From IMG/VR virus record IMGVR_UViG_3300036987_000332, positions 1 through 60,853 of that record: a stretch of 60,853 nt of DNA; one strand, 5' to 3'. The notes under the pieces were generated by a model. The model was not told where the DNA came from and did not search any database. It was given only the letters and a program-made list of their open reading frames with translations. Below, one piece after another: positions 1 through 9,983 of the stretch (positions are counted from its first letter, which is position 1; every line of letters begins with the position of its first letter). The stretch is from a virus. Lineage: Duplodnaviria; Caudoviricetes. The position numbers and the translations under genes are program-made.

Positions 1-113
1 CGGATTTCTTGCCTGACAAGTAAAAAGAACGCAAAAAGCAACTGCTCAGCAGCAGTTTTATGCACCAGGTACCAAAATAAGTAGTTCTTACACCTTTTCT
101 ATAGTCCGGAAGA

Positions 114-899
114 TTGGTAAACTTCTATTTGACCTTTAATGAAGTTTCAGAGGATTATGGCCGCTTGCGTCCACATTATCCGGATGCGCTGTCAGCGGAT
201 TTGATCGCCTATTCTATGCTGGACGACACGAAGAAGGCATTGGAAATCGGAATCGGCGCAGGGCAAGCAACCTTGCCGTTCTTGAAAACTGGTTGTGCAC
301 TTACCGCCGTTGAGATTGGCGACCAGTTAGCCCAGTATTCAAGAGAAAAGTTCGCGGAGTATGAGCGTTTTGCAGTTTTAAATCAGGAATTTGAAAGCGT
401 CTTGCTGGATGATGAATCTTTCGACCTTATATATTCAGCCTCGGCGTTTCACTGGATAAAGCCAGAAATCGGTTTTCCAAAGGTGTGCCGATTATTAAAA
501 AGCGGCGGAATGTTTGCTTGGATTTCTGTTCAACCCGCTCCGGCAGACAGAATTGTCCATGATGAACTGGAGAAAATATACAGAAAGTACAGCCGATATT
601 TTGGCGATGAGAAATTAGAGTTTGACCGAACTCCTGATGTGATAAGAAATCAAACCTGGAGAGTCAATACTTTCAGGCAGTACAGCTTTATTGATATAGT
701 CGATAAGCTTTATTTCGGTAAGAGAACCCTGAATGCCAGCGATTACGCCACGCTTTGCGGAACCTATTCTGACCACAGAGCCATTCCAGAAGCAGATAGA
801 ATCCTGCTTTTAGGCGAAATCGAAGATGCGGTCAACCGTTGCAGCGAGCAATTTACGTTCGCGGATACATTTCTATTATGCATGGGAAGAAAACAGTGA
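114..899 (+). CDS. Class I SAM-dependent methyltransferase
   Basis: Motif I ALEIGIGAGQAT, post-II FDLIYSASAFHW, LLKSGG. The TTG start is uncertain. Confidence 0.85.
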   Translation: MVNFYLTFNEVSEDYGRLRPHYPDALSADLIAYSMLDDTKKALEIGIGAGQATLPFLKTGCALTAVEIGDQLAQYSREKFAEYERFAVLNQEFESVLLDDESFDLIYSASAFHWIKPEIGFPKVCRLLKSGGMFAWISVQPAPADRIVHDELEKIYRKYSRYFGDEKLEFDRTPDVIRNQTWRVNTFRQYSFIDIVDKLYFGKRTLNASDYATLCGTYSDHRAIPEADRILLLGEIEDAVNRCSEQFTFADTFLLCMGRKQ

Positions 900-1151
900 T
901 TTTACTTGGGTAATCAGACCTTGTGTACACGAGCGACCAGATCGACGACGAATAAGGTATTTCGCGAGTGGATAGGTTGGATAACAGCGAAAAGCGAATT
1001 GCGCTGACTGCCGCATTTTTCTTTTTCGATGTGCCGCTCGGTGGCAAAGACAATGTAGGTTAGTATCGTTAGCGGTGTTCAATATCTACTTGACAAGAAC
1101 ATATAAAAACAATTACCCCATACAACAGGACAGTACACAGGAGATGCGAAC

Positions 1152-1943
1152 ATGGAAAATAACCAACAAATTATTGAACATTACAATAACCGCGATGAGG
1201 ACGGGCGGCTGGCCACGAAGCGGGGTTCTGTGGAGTTTTTAACCACAATGCGCTACATCGAAAAATATTTGAAGCCAACAGACCGGGTCATCGAAATCGG
1301 TGCGGGTACCGGACGGTATTCCCACGCCCTGGCCCGGATGGGTTATGCTGTTGACGCTGTGGAGCTGGTACCCCATCATATTGAAATTTTCCGGCAAAAT
1401 ACGCAACCGGGGGAAAATGTCACAATCACACAGGGTAATGCCCTGAATTTGTCCGGATTCGGGGATGATTGTTATGACATAACGCTGCTTTTGGGGCCCT
1501 TATACCATTTGTACAACGAAAAGGACAAGAGGCAAGCCATCAGCGAAGCCATCCGAGTGACAAAACCGGGGGGCGTGATTTTCGCGGCGTATGTCATCAC
1601 AGATGCCATGATTTTGGATATAGGGTTCAAGCAGAAGAGGATCAGCATTCCCGAATACATTGAAAAAGGATATATCCACCCGGAAACTTTTGTCGCTTTG
1701 GGCCCGGCTGGGATGTTTGAGTTAGTTCGCAAAGAGGACATTGACCATCTCATGTCGTCATTTTCTGTAACCCGGCTGCATTATGTGGGCGTTGACCTGT
1801 TTACATGCTGTATAGGTGAAGAACTTGACGCCATGGACGATGATACCTTTGCGCTGTACTTGAAGTATCAGTTCGCGGTTTGCGAACGGGCGGATTTGGC
1901 CGGCATTACGCCCCATTCTCTGGATATATTCAGAAAGGGTTGA
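1152..1943 (+). CDS. Class I SAM-dependent methyltransferase
   Basis: VIEIGAGTGRYS, YDITLLLGPLYHL, RVTKPGG; RBS AGGAG upstream. Confidence 0.9.
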   Translation: MENNQQIIEHYNNRDEDGRLATKRGSVEFLTTMRYIEKYLKPTDRVIEIGAGTGRYSHALARMGYAVDAVELVPHHIEIFRQNTQPGENVTITQGNALNLSGFGDDCYDITLLLGPLYHLYNEKDKRQAISEAIRVTKPGGVIFAAYVITDAMILDIGFKQKRISIPEYIEKGYIHPETFVALGPAGMFELVRKEDIDHLMSSFSVTRLHYVGVDLFTCCIGEELDAMDDDTFALYLKYQFAVCERADLAGITPHSLDIFRKG

Positions 1944-1977
1944 TCGGGATGGTAAATTTATATCGATATTGTGTGAA

Positions 1978-2152
1978 TTTCCGGAACGCCACCGATGAAG
2001 TTGAAAGCCGCGGTATGGCACTGGATGAAGGTTTGGACCACTTGATCTAGCGTGATGCTGACATGCATCTGCCGCGAATAGCTCAGGCTCATGATGAATA
2101 TCCAAGCCTTGCGCGGCTTGCCATTGACCTTGAGTGTGCCGATGTAGCCAAA
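1978..2152 (-). pseudogene. IS21-family transposase (IstA) internal fragment
   Basis: My minus-strand translation reads FGYIGTLKVNGKPRKAWIFIMSLSYSRQMHVSITLDQVVQTFIQCHTAAFNFIGGVPE, matching the IstA core pattern DFG...FVMxLxYSR...DQ..TF..CH..AF.F.GGVP. There is no start codon and it is not in the ORF track. Confidence 0.7.
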
Positions 2153-2305
2153 GTGTTGTTGTCAATAAAAAATCCCTATTTGGGGGTGCGGACACATTGG
2201 CAAATGCAATGGCATATGCTGATTTGGGACAAAAGAGCGCTATTGACTATCTATCAACCCATCCGATCATGTACATTGTCAAATAGTAATCTGCGACCGA
2301 TGTTC

Positions 2306-2347
2306 AATCAAAGGGGCTTCGACTAAAACATCGAGGCCCCTTCGATT
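2306..2347. repeat. Imperfect inverted repeat (candidate att site or bidirectional terminator)
   Basis: AATCAAAGGGGCTTCGA-ctaaaaca-TCGAGGCCCCTTCGATT: 17-bp arms with 2 mismatches, between convergent gene blocks. Confidence 0.6.
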
Positions 2348-2443
2348 TACATTAAGAACATGCGCATTATACTCGATTTTTTTGAACCGAACCGCAACGG
2401 CCAAAAGACGGTCATAACAATCGCGGGTTGCTTTGGTGACGGC

Positions 2444-3268
2444 CTACTTCAATACGTGTTTGCGATAGCGATAAACGAAGCCGCCGCCATTACCAACATA
2501 ACGCATTTCCTCCCAACCTCGTTGTACAAGTGGGTTCTGCTGTTCTCCACGGTCATAATTATCCGTTTCATCTCCTGGACAATCCAATAACCAGCCGCCT
2601 GCTTTACAAACGCGAGTCAATTCCGCGATCTCCGCATCCCAATCGTCACCAACGACATGCCCAGACATCACTATATCGAAGCTATTGTCAGGATAAGGTA
2701 TTGAGGTGGCTAATGATTCCGAGACGCGGATATTTAATGTTTTTTCTTGCTGGGCTTTTTTGCGAATAAACTCACGTAATGTTTCGACAGGCTCACTTGC
2801 GTAGACCTCTTTTGCTAATAGCGCTGCAGCAAAAGCTAGTCGGCCGGAACCGCTGCCAACATCTAAAATGACTTTACCTTTCAAGTCAGCCATTTCATAT
2901 AGCCGTTCTTTGTCCCAAGTGCGGATGTAATGGCAGTTTGTGCTCATAACCTCTGGTGTGGTATATATGATGAAATCCTCCACCGATGCTAGCGTGTACA
3001 CTTCTGCTTTACGGATCTCCGCCATACTTGTTATTGTCGGAGCGCAAGCCGTGATATCATTTATAAAATCTGCACATTCTGGACAACGGTGTGTGAAATA
3101 CCATTTCACAGCGGGATTTGCATTTAGTGCAACGCCCATGTTTTGTCTCCATTCGGTTTTTTCGCTTCGCCATCCACTTGAGTCCATCATCATGCGAATT
3201 TGAAAACGCTCCAATAACAGAAAGCTGTTAAAGGAATAGTTCTCTAAGTTTATCCATCCTAATGACAT
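2444..3268 (-). CDS. Class I SAM-dependent methyltransferase with N-terminal extension
   Basis: ILDVGSGSGRLA, FDIVMSGHV, RVCKAGG. Start reassigned to the ATG at 3268 behind GGAGG. Confidence 0.85.
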   Translation of the reverse strand: MSLGWINLENYSFNSFLLLERFQIRMMMDSSGWRSEKTEWRQNMGVALNANPAVKWYFTHRCPECADFINDITACAPTITSMAEIRKAEVYTLASVEDFIIYTTPEVMSTNCHYIRTWDKERLYEMADLKGKVILDVGSGSGRLAFAAALLAKEVYASEPVETLREFIRKKAQQEKTLNIRVSESLATSIPYPDNSFDIVMSGHVVGDDWDAEIAELTRVCKAGGWLLDCPGDETDNYDRGEQQNPLVQRGWEEMRYVGNGGGFVYRYRKHVLK

Positions 3269-3272
3269 AAAT

Positions 3273-3348
3273 CCTCCGATTTTCAGGAGGGTTAAAGTAT
3301 AGTCACCCTCCTCCAATGCCTGCTACAGATCATGAAGTGCTTTTTCAC
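3273..3348 (-). promoter_or_regulatory. Putative leader peptide (MKKHFMICSRHWRRVTIL, 3292-3348) and alternative hairpins over the methyltransferase RBS
   Basis: AAGGAGA-N8-GTG start; mRNA reads AGGAGGGT...ACCCTCCT...GGAGG-ATTT-ATG. Confidence 0.5.
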
Positions 3349-3550
3349 CGCAATCATCTCCTTCGAAGTATTTCATTGAACTTCTACCACTTTTATAATT
3401 ATAATCGGGGATAGTTTTGAAGTCAACGGAAAGAATAAATATAGAGGCTCTGTCACAATCTTTGGTCGAAATTTACTTTTCATATTGCACTATTAAAGTG
3501 CCATGCTGTATATTCCTTATGAATAACAATTGTCTTTTCGCAGATTATCC

Positions 3551-4054
3551 TTATAGTGTATGACTGATATAACTAAATATTTTTTCTGCTTTATCAATAA
3601 TTATGACCTTACTATGATACTGCTCTAAAAATGAAACTATCTTTGGAATACTATTCTTTTGATACTTATTTGTCCAAATTAATAAATCTTTCAACGATTT
3701 TAGTGTTTCTTTCTTTGATTTTTCGATATCTGATTTTCTTCTGATAAATCTTCTTATGATTCGGTAGTTATAAATAATTGGCTTGGTTTTTAAGATAAAA
3801 ATATAATCTGCTAATGCAAAACTATCGTTGAGCCAGTCATAATATACACCTTCAATTATCCAATTATCTTTTTCCAGAATCTCGATTAGCTTTTCAGTTC
3901 TTTTATCTATTGGCATTTTTGTGCCATATGATAGTGCTTCGTTATCCCAGAATATGTTGTCCAAATCGAAATGAGGAATTTGATATTGCTTGGACAATTT
4001 TTCGGAAATATAGGATTTTCCTGTCCCGCTTCCACCAATAATATGAATTTTCAT
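3551..4054 (-). CDS. P-loop nucleotide kinase-like protein (FlaR/adenylate kinase-like)
   Basis: KIHIIGGSGTGKS Walker A, DLDNIFW, WIIEGVY; AT-rich. Confidence 0.85.
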   Translation of the reverse strand: MKIHIIGGSGTGKSYISEKLSKQYQIPHFDLDNIFWDNEALSYGTKMPIDKRTEKLIEILEKDNWIIEGVYYDWLNDSFALADYIFILKTKPIIYNYRIIRRFIRRKSDIEKSKKETLKSLKDLLIWTNKYQKNSIPKIVSFLEQYHSKVIIIDKAEKIFSYISHTL

Positions 4055-4136
4055 ATTTGTTCTCCCCATCACAATAGATAAATGTTATGAAACAATCTTG
4101 TTACCAAAAATGCTTATACTATACATGAGGCTCGTT

Positions 4137-4868
4137 CTAATTCCCGTATTGCCCTTTTACGTAGGGCAGGATTGCCCATGTCACTTCATCGGCGGCAATT
4201 TTGCGTGTGTGTATTTTGGGCGGCCAACCCGCAGTATTCAAGCAAGTAGAATAATTTTCGCAAACCCAACATTTATCTTGCCCCTTTTCTTTTCTGCAAT
4301 TCGCGCTCTCTACGGTACAGTCGGGGAAATGACAACCATCACAATTTAGCCCCCAATCATTAACGCCGTATAAAGAAGTGCAGCACGCTCGCGCATATTC
4401 CATTTCTTCTGCGCTGACTGAGGTTTTTCCCTTGTAATGAACGCATAAATCACAACGATGTCCGCAATTACTCATGTGAATATGCGTTATCGGGAACGGT
4501 TTACGGTTTGGCTTCTTTTTGATTTGAATAAGCTGTTTTACGCTTTCTAAAGCAGTCAGATTGTCCACCTGGATTAACAGCCATTTTCCGTCATGAAGTG
4601 TGCGTTCTGCGTCATATATGTTTTGTATTTCTTTTGGAAAGTCACAGCGTCGCGCTTCAAATTTTTCCCGCTCTGCTTTTCCCAGTATTATCTGAAAATC
4701 ATAATGATCCTCGTGTATGTTAATTGAAAGAATAGTTTTCTTTCCCTGACGGAACTTCAGGCAATCTATGTCGTAATACTTGCCCGGTACCTCGTCGAGA
4801 ACATACTTGCCACGCATGAAGCGCATGGTCTCCTCGCTGACTTGATGCAATTCGGATTTTTCACTCAT
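4137..4868 (-). CDS. DUF3788-like protein with C-terminal Cys-rich (DUF3795-like) domain
   Basis: KKTILSI...HDGKWL...IKKKPNRK, followed by CGHRCDLC...CDGC...CWVC; RBS GGAGG. Confidence 0.7.
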   Translation of the reverse strand: MSEKSELHQVSEETMRFMRGKYVLDEVPGKYYDIDCLKFRQGKKTILSINIHEDHYDFQIILGKAEREKFEARRCDFPKEIQNIYDAERTLHDGKWLLIQVDNLTALESVKQLIQIKKKPNRKPFPITHIHMSNCGHRCDLCVHYKGKTSVSAEEMEYARACCTSLYGVNDWGLNCDGCHFPDCTVESANCRKEKGQDKCWVCENYSTCLNTAGWPPKIHTRKIAADEVTWAILPYVKGQYGN

Positions 4869-4949
4869 TTTGCATCCTCCATTTTACTGTCAATATACCC
4901 TACATATTCTGACAACAGTATGTCATATTACAAAATATAAACAATCTCT

Positions 4950-5090
4950 ATTACGCAATATCCTACAAATGTGAATAATCATACTCCTATTATATAGAAA
5001 GCTCAGGATCGGCACCAGTGTATAAGTCGATTTAGTCATGCGAAAATTACCCTGCGACGTCCGAACCATCCTTGAACCTAAACGTCAATC
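4950..5090 (-). pseudogene. Degenerate direct copy of the serine recombinase 3' end and its downstream region (part 1)
   Basis: Aligns to ~12483-12642, e.g. CTATTATATAGAAAGCTCAGGATC and CCGAACCAT(c/t)CTTGAACCTAAAC(g/a)TCAATC; interrupted by IS66. Confidence 0.85.
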
Positions 5091-5176
5091 GTAAGCGTAA
5101 AAACCAGCACACCTATTCATTCAATCTGTGATCTGCGAAAATCATCCTGGAAGTAAAACTCAGGAGGAGGCACAGG

Positions 5177-5506
5177 ATGACGCAAGCAGAAAAACGTAAG
5201 GGATGGGAACAACGCCTGTCGGATTTCGAGAGCAGCGGTCAAAATGCAATCGACTGGTGTGCGAAACAGAATATCAAATTGGCGAACTTCTATTATTGGC
5301 GAAAAAGGTTAAAAACAACCAGGAAAGAGCAGGGTACAAATCCGATCAGCTGGCTACCTTTGGAATTTGACTTGAAACCACTGCCGAGAGAACTGCCAGC
5401 AGAACAGATCAGCATTGAAATCGATAACCGCTATAAGGTTGTTGTCCAGAAAGGCTTTGACTGTGAGCAATTGCGGGATGTCATCAGCGTCCTGAACCAG
5501 CAATGA
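5177..5506 (+). CDS. tnpA: IS66 accessory protein TnpA
   Basis: W...SG.....WC......FYYWRKRL HTH pattern; first ORF in IS66. Confidence 0.9.
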   Translation: MTQAEKRKGWEQRLSDFESSGQNAIDWCAKQNIKLANFYYWRKRLKTTRKEQGTNPISWLPLEFDLKPLPRELPAEQISIEIDNRYKVVVQKGFDCEQLRDVISVLNQQ

Positions 5507-5856
5507 TTGGCGAACTGACAAATCGCCAGGTATATCTGGCGTGTGGCGCGACAGATTTGCGCCGCGGTATTGACGGCCTGGCCGTCCTGGTCAGTGAACA
5601 GTTTGACTTGGATCCATTCAGTTCTTGCTTGTTTGTCTTCTGCAATCGCAATCGCGATAAAATCAAGTGCTTGTTCTGGGATGTCAATGGATTCTGGCTG
5701 TTGCAGCGACGCATCGAGAAAGGAAGATTTGACTGGCCGCAAGAGGGACAAGAGGCCATAACCATCAGTTACCGCCAGCTCCGCTGGCTCATGGACGGGT
5801 TATCTATAAGACAAAATAAAGCGTTTCAGGAGTTGACATACAGCACAATTATATGA
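5503..5856 (+). CDS. tnpB: IS66 accessory protein TnpB
   Basis: TDLRRGIDGL, FVFCNRNRDKIKCLFWDVNGFWL. Confidence 0.95.
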   Translation: MIGELTNRQVYLACGATDLRRGIDGLAVLVSEQFDLDPFSSCLFVFCNRNRDKIKCLFWDVNGFWLLQRRIEKGRFDWPQEGQEAITISYRQLRWLMDGLSIRQNKAFQELTYSTII

Positions 5857-5946
5857 GGTGTAAACACGATATTTTTTCTTTATTTTCCAGTGCTTGAAGG
5901 CTATTTATCAGATGACAAATCAGTCGTATTCTGGTATAATATTCAC

Positions 5947-7560
5947 ATGGAAATAAAAAATAATTCATCATCAATAGAGAGTGATTTGGCTGCTGTTCGA
6001 AGCAAGCTTGAGGAACGCATCCAGGTTCTGGAACAAGAGAATGCTGAGTTGGATGCCAAGGTCAAGTGGTATGAGGAGCAGTATCGGCTGAGTGTTCAGC
6101 AGCGCTTCGGTTCTTCCAGTGAGAAGACCATGCCCGAGCAGATCAGCTTGTTTAATGAGGCAGAGGACACGGCCGATCCGAGTCAGGAAGAACCGTCTCT
6201 GGAAACCGTCACCTATCAACGCAAGAAGCGGCAACCCGGTGATGTTGCCGACAAAATTAAAGATTTGCCTGTCGAAGTCATTGAACATCGACTGCCGGAA
6301 GAGGAATGCGTCTGCCCCAACTGCCAGAATCCGTTGCATGAAATGAGCGTACAGGTTCGTCGCGAACTGAAAATTGTTCCGGCTCAGGTCTCCGTTGTTG
6401 AGCATAAGCAGTTTATTTATTCCTGCAGGCATTGTGAACGGCATGCAGACAATGCAGATGCATCAGTTCCTGTGATCAAAGCAGAGATGCCCAAACCATT
6501 CCTGCCGGGAACGATAGCCTCACCGTCGGCAGTGGCCTATATTATTGACCAGAAGTACACCAATGGTATGCCCCTGTATCGTCAGGAAAAACAGTTGGCC
6601 AGATTGGATGTCACACTTTCACGGCAGACGATGTCCAATTGGTTGATTGCAGCGGCACAGATGTGGCTGATCCATCTGTTTCACCGGATGCACGAACTGC
6701 TGACACAGCGTCAGATCGTTATGGCTGATGAAACCAGTGTGCAGGTGTTGCGAGAAACCAATCGGTCGCCTCAGTCAACGTCTTATATGTGGCTGTACAG
6801 ATCCGGCGTCCGGGATGGTCCGCCGACCGTACTCTACGAATACCAGACAACCCGGGCGGGCAAGCATGCCCAGGCTTTTTTGAACCAATTTGCCGGTTTC
6901 TTACAGGTCGATGCTTATGCTGGATACAACAGGGTAGCCAACGTCAGGCTGGTTTTGTGCCTTGCTCATGCGCGCAGAGGCTTTACCGATGCCATAAAAG
7001 CGTTGCCGGCAGAGGCACAAAAGAAGGATGTGGCTGCCAAAACAGGCTTGAAATACTGCAATAAACTGTATGACGTGGAGAGGCAGATTGAGGATTTGTC
7101 GGATCAGGAACGTTATGAGAAACGCCTGGCGTTGAGCAAACCCATTTTGGATGAATTCTATGGCTGGCTCAAACGGATACGACCACAGGTTCCGCCTAAG
7201 AGTAAGTTCGGCGAGGCTATTCTGTACTGCCTGAATCATTGGGATGGTCTCATCGCGTACCTGCTGGACGGCCGGCTGGAGATTGACAATTCGCGAAGCG
7301 AAAGGTCTATCAAATCCTTTGTAATGGGTCGGAAAGCGTGGTTATTCTCAAATACACCTCGGGGTGCCCATAGCAGCGCGATCATTTATAGTATTATCGA
7401 GTCGGCTAAGGAAAATAACCTCAAGCCGATGCAGTACCTGATCTGGCTGTTTGAACAGATACCAAATGCTGCTATTGATGATGTCAAGGTGCTGGATCGC
7501 TTCCTGCCCTGGTCTGATACAATACCAGACTCTTGTAGAATGCCATCACCAAAAGTTTAA
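5947..7560 (+). CDS. tnpC: IS66 transposase TnpC
   Basis: RFGSSSEK, CPNC Zn finger, ADET, DAYAGY, CLAHARR, IDNSRSER; likely ATG at 5947. Confidence 0.95.
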   Translation: MEIKNNSSSIESDLAAVRSKLEERIQVLEQENAELDAKVKWYEEQYRLSVQQRFGSSSEKTMPEQISLFNEAEDTADPSQEEPSLETVTYQRKKRQPGDVADKIKDLPVEVIEHRLPEEECVCPNCQNPLHEMSVQVRRELKIVPAQVSVVEHKQFIYSCRHCERHADNADASVPVIKAEMPKPFLPGTIASPSAVAYIIDQKYTNGMPLYRQEKQLARLDVTLSRQTMSNWLIAAAQMWLIHLFHRMHELLTQRQIVMADETSVQVLRETNRSPQSTSYMWLYRSGVRDGPPTVLYEYQTTRAGKHAQAFLNQFAGFLQVDAYAGYNRVANVRLVLCLAHARRGFTDAIKALPAEAQKKDVAAKTGLKYCNKLYDVERQIEDLSDQERYEKRLALSKPILDEFYGWLKRIRPQVPPKSKFGEAILYCLNHWDGLIAYLLDGRLEIDNSRSERSIKSFVMGRKAWLFSNTPRGAHSSAIIYSIIESAKENNLKPMQYLIWLFEQIPNAAIDDVKVLDRFLPWSDTIPDSCRMPSPKV

Positions 7561-7613
7561 CAGTGCCTCTTTATTCCGTACAGGTGTGCTGGTTTTTACG
7601 CTTACCGTCAATC

Positions 7614-7774
7614 CTCCATCTACCATGACCGTTACCCTGTCAACGGCTACCTATTGTCTCAGAAGTGGAGGAGATAAAGCGAGCCCGGAAAACAAAGAAA
7701 TTTGATCCTTGACGGCTTCATCCGAGAGATTGAGTCTAGGCCATTGATCATCGATGAGTTTGACGAACAACTCT
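7614..7774. pseudogene. Recombinase 3'-end remnant (part 2): direct 7614-7651, then ~120 bp inverted at 7656-7774
   Basis: CCATGACCGTTACCCTGTCAACGGCTACC matches 12652-12680. The following block (…TTTGATCCTTGACGGCTTCATCCGAGA…) is the reverse complement of ~12685-12802. Confidence 0.85.
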
Positions 7775-8982
7775 AACCACTTCCATTCTAAATATTACTA
7801 TTATCAATATTTATTATATTACTATCTACACCAAGATCTTCACGGTGAATAATATATAAAATAATTTTATCTTTTAAATATTCTGTTAATTGATTAAATA
7901 CTTTCGCATGAGTTTCTGTATCAAATCCGGCTGTGGCTTCATCAAACAGGTAAATTGGAGCATTTTGTAGCAGAGCTCTTGCTATTCCAACACGTTGTAA
8001 TTGTCCACCAGAAAGCTGAACACCTCCTGTTCCTATTCTCGTTTCTAATCCATTAGGCAATACATCGATTATCTCATAGAGGCCACTAATACTGCTAGCA
8101 GCCGTCAATTGTTGATCAGAAATATTCTCACGCCCAAGTAAAATATTCGTTCTTAATGTATCTTGTATAATAGATATTTGCTGTGGAATATATGCAAAAT
8201 AATGACGCCATGTATCTGATAAAAATGTAGTTTGAGATTTATCATTAATTAATATTTCTCCGTGTGCCGGTTGATAAAATTTCATAATTAATTTTATAAC
8301 GGTACTCTTACCACTTCCGCTTGATCCTGATAAGTGGATTACATCTCCCTTTTTCAATTTCAAACAGAATCGATCCAGAACAGGCACACTATCAGGATAT
8401 GCAAATTTAATATTATTAATTGTTAATGATTGCACATCATCATCAGTTATAAATGAATCTGCTGTAACACCAAACTCATCATCTTCACAAGATTTATTAT
8501 AGAGCTCAAACACTCGCTCAACAGAAATCATTTGGTTGGTATATTCGCTAATTGCACCCGACAATCCCATGAATGGTCCTACAATCCATCCTAATAAACT
8601 AAATGTTGCTGCTACAATACCAAATGATAAAGTTCCACGTGCTATGCCATAACAACTTATAACAGGGACAATGATATAGATCAACATCCGAATAGTTGCA
8701 GACAACTCTTTATAGATCCCTTGCGTAATTGCCAATTCAATTCTTTTTTTGCTTTCTCGCGAACTAATACACTCAATTTTATTCTTGAACGGTAATTGAG
8801 ATGCACGCATGTCAAGGATATGGTTACAAAATATAGATATCAGTGAATATACATTACCACTAAGATCACGGTTTTCTTTTTGCAATAATTTAATTTTCGG
8901 AATAAATATTTTTCCTATCAAAAACATTAATGAGGAAATAGATATCACCGTTATTGCAATTACATAATCAATAATAAATAAA

Positions 8983-9983
8983 TCTGGCTATCGGGTTTAA
9001 ACAGTAAGAGCTTGTAAAACGTACTTATGTTTGGTATTATAAAGAAAACATATGTACGGGAGATGAAAAGCGATGGCAAAACAGGAAAAAATCAGCTTTC
9101 TGGAGTTTAAAAACAGATTCAATAGCGAAGAGGCCTGTAGAGAATATCTTTACAATATGCGCTGGCCTGAAGGATTTGTCTGCCCCAAATGTGGTCACAA
9201 GACCTGTTATACGATTACAACGCGACACCTCTATGAGTGCACCGCCTGCCATTATCAGGCATCTGTCACAGTCGGAACGGTCATGGAGAGAACGCATTTG
9301 CCTCTGGAGAAGTGGTTTTGGGGCATGTACTTCGTCGGAATAGACAAACGTGGCTATTCGGCCACTCAATTGGCCAGAGAACTGGAACTATCCTATGGGA
9401 CAGCCTGGCATATGGTGCATCGTATCCGCAAGGCGATGAAAGACAGGGATATGCAATACACGCTCAGCGGGATAATCGAAATGGATGATGCCTATTTTGG
9501 TGCTGCAAAAAAGGGTAGCAAGCGCGGCCGGGGAACACAAAAAGCGAAAGTCATGATCGGCGTATCGCTTGATGACAAAGGTCATCCGCAGTATCTCAAA
9601 ATGGACGTTGTTGCTGATATGAAGAAAGAAACGGTCGTTCAGTTCGCGCAGGATCATATACAGGACGGTTCATCCATCTCAAGTGATGCCTATAGCTCCT
9701 ATGCCGTACTGCAACAGGAAGGGTACACATTGTCGGCGAAGGTCTTTAATCCTGATCTTGATGCCGAGCACCTCAAATGGCTGCATAGAATTATATCTAA
9801 CGCCAAAGCCTTAATTGCTGGTACGTTTCATGGATTGGGCAAGAAACACATGCAAAGGTATATGGATGAATATTGTTATAGATTCAACCGTAGACATTTC
9901 CAGGGTGAGATTTTTGGGCGCATTCTTTGCAGCTGCCTTGCTTCCGGCCCAATCACCTATGCTGAGTTAACCCGATAGCCAGA
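8983..9983 (+). mobile_element. IS1595-family insertion sequence
   Basis: Terminal inverted repeat TCTGGCTATCGGGTT at both ends; 8-bp target duplication TAAATAAA (8975-8982 and 9984-9991). Confidence 0.93.
9073..9978 (+). CDS. IS1595-family transposase
   Basis: RWPEGFVCPKCG Zn ribbon, IEMDDAYFG, SDAY, YMDEYCYRFNRR. Confidence 0.95.
   Translation: MAKQEKISFLEFKNRFNSEEACREYLYNMRWPEGFVCPKCGHKTCYTITTRHLYECTACHYQASVTVGTVMERTHLPLEKWFWGMYFVGIDKRGYSATQLARELELSYGTAWHMVHRIRKAMKDRDMQYTLSGIIEMDDAYFGAAKKGSKRGRGTQKAKVMIGVSLDDKGHPQYLKMDVVADMKKETVVQFAQDHIQDGSSISSDAYSSYAVLQQEGYTLSAKVFNPDLDAEHLKWLHRIISNAKALIAGTFHGLGKKHMQRYMDEYCYRFNRRHFQGEIFGRILCSCLASGPITYAELTR

Larger units (their letters stand above)
5091..7605 (+). 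mobile_element. IS66-family insertion sequence, intact
   Basis: Perfect 24-bp terminal inverted repeats GTAAGCGTAAAAACCAGCACACCT (5091-5114 and 7582-7605); 8-bp target duplication CGTCAATC (5083-5090 and 7606-7613); three-ORF layout. Confidence 0.97.

Noticed and set aside
900-1095. Possible gene between the first two methyltransferases
   Set aside because: Looks like degraded coding sequence with stops; I could not assign a family.
2063-2590. Track ORFs 2063-2326 and 2360-2590
   Set aside because: They overlap the IS21 remnant, the inverted repeat and the antisense MTase, and have no family motifs.
3445-3460. GGCTCTGTCACA resembling an IS terminal repeat
   Set aside because: No partner repeat or transposase found nearby.
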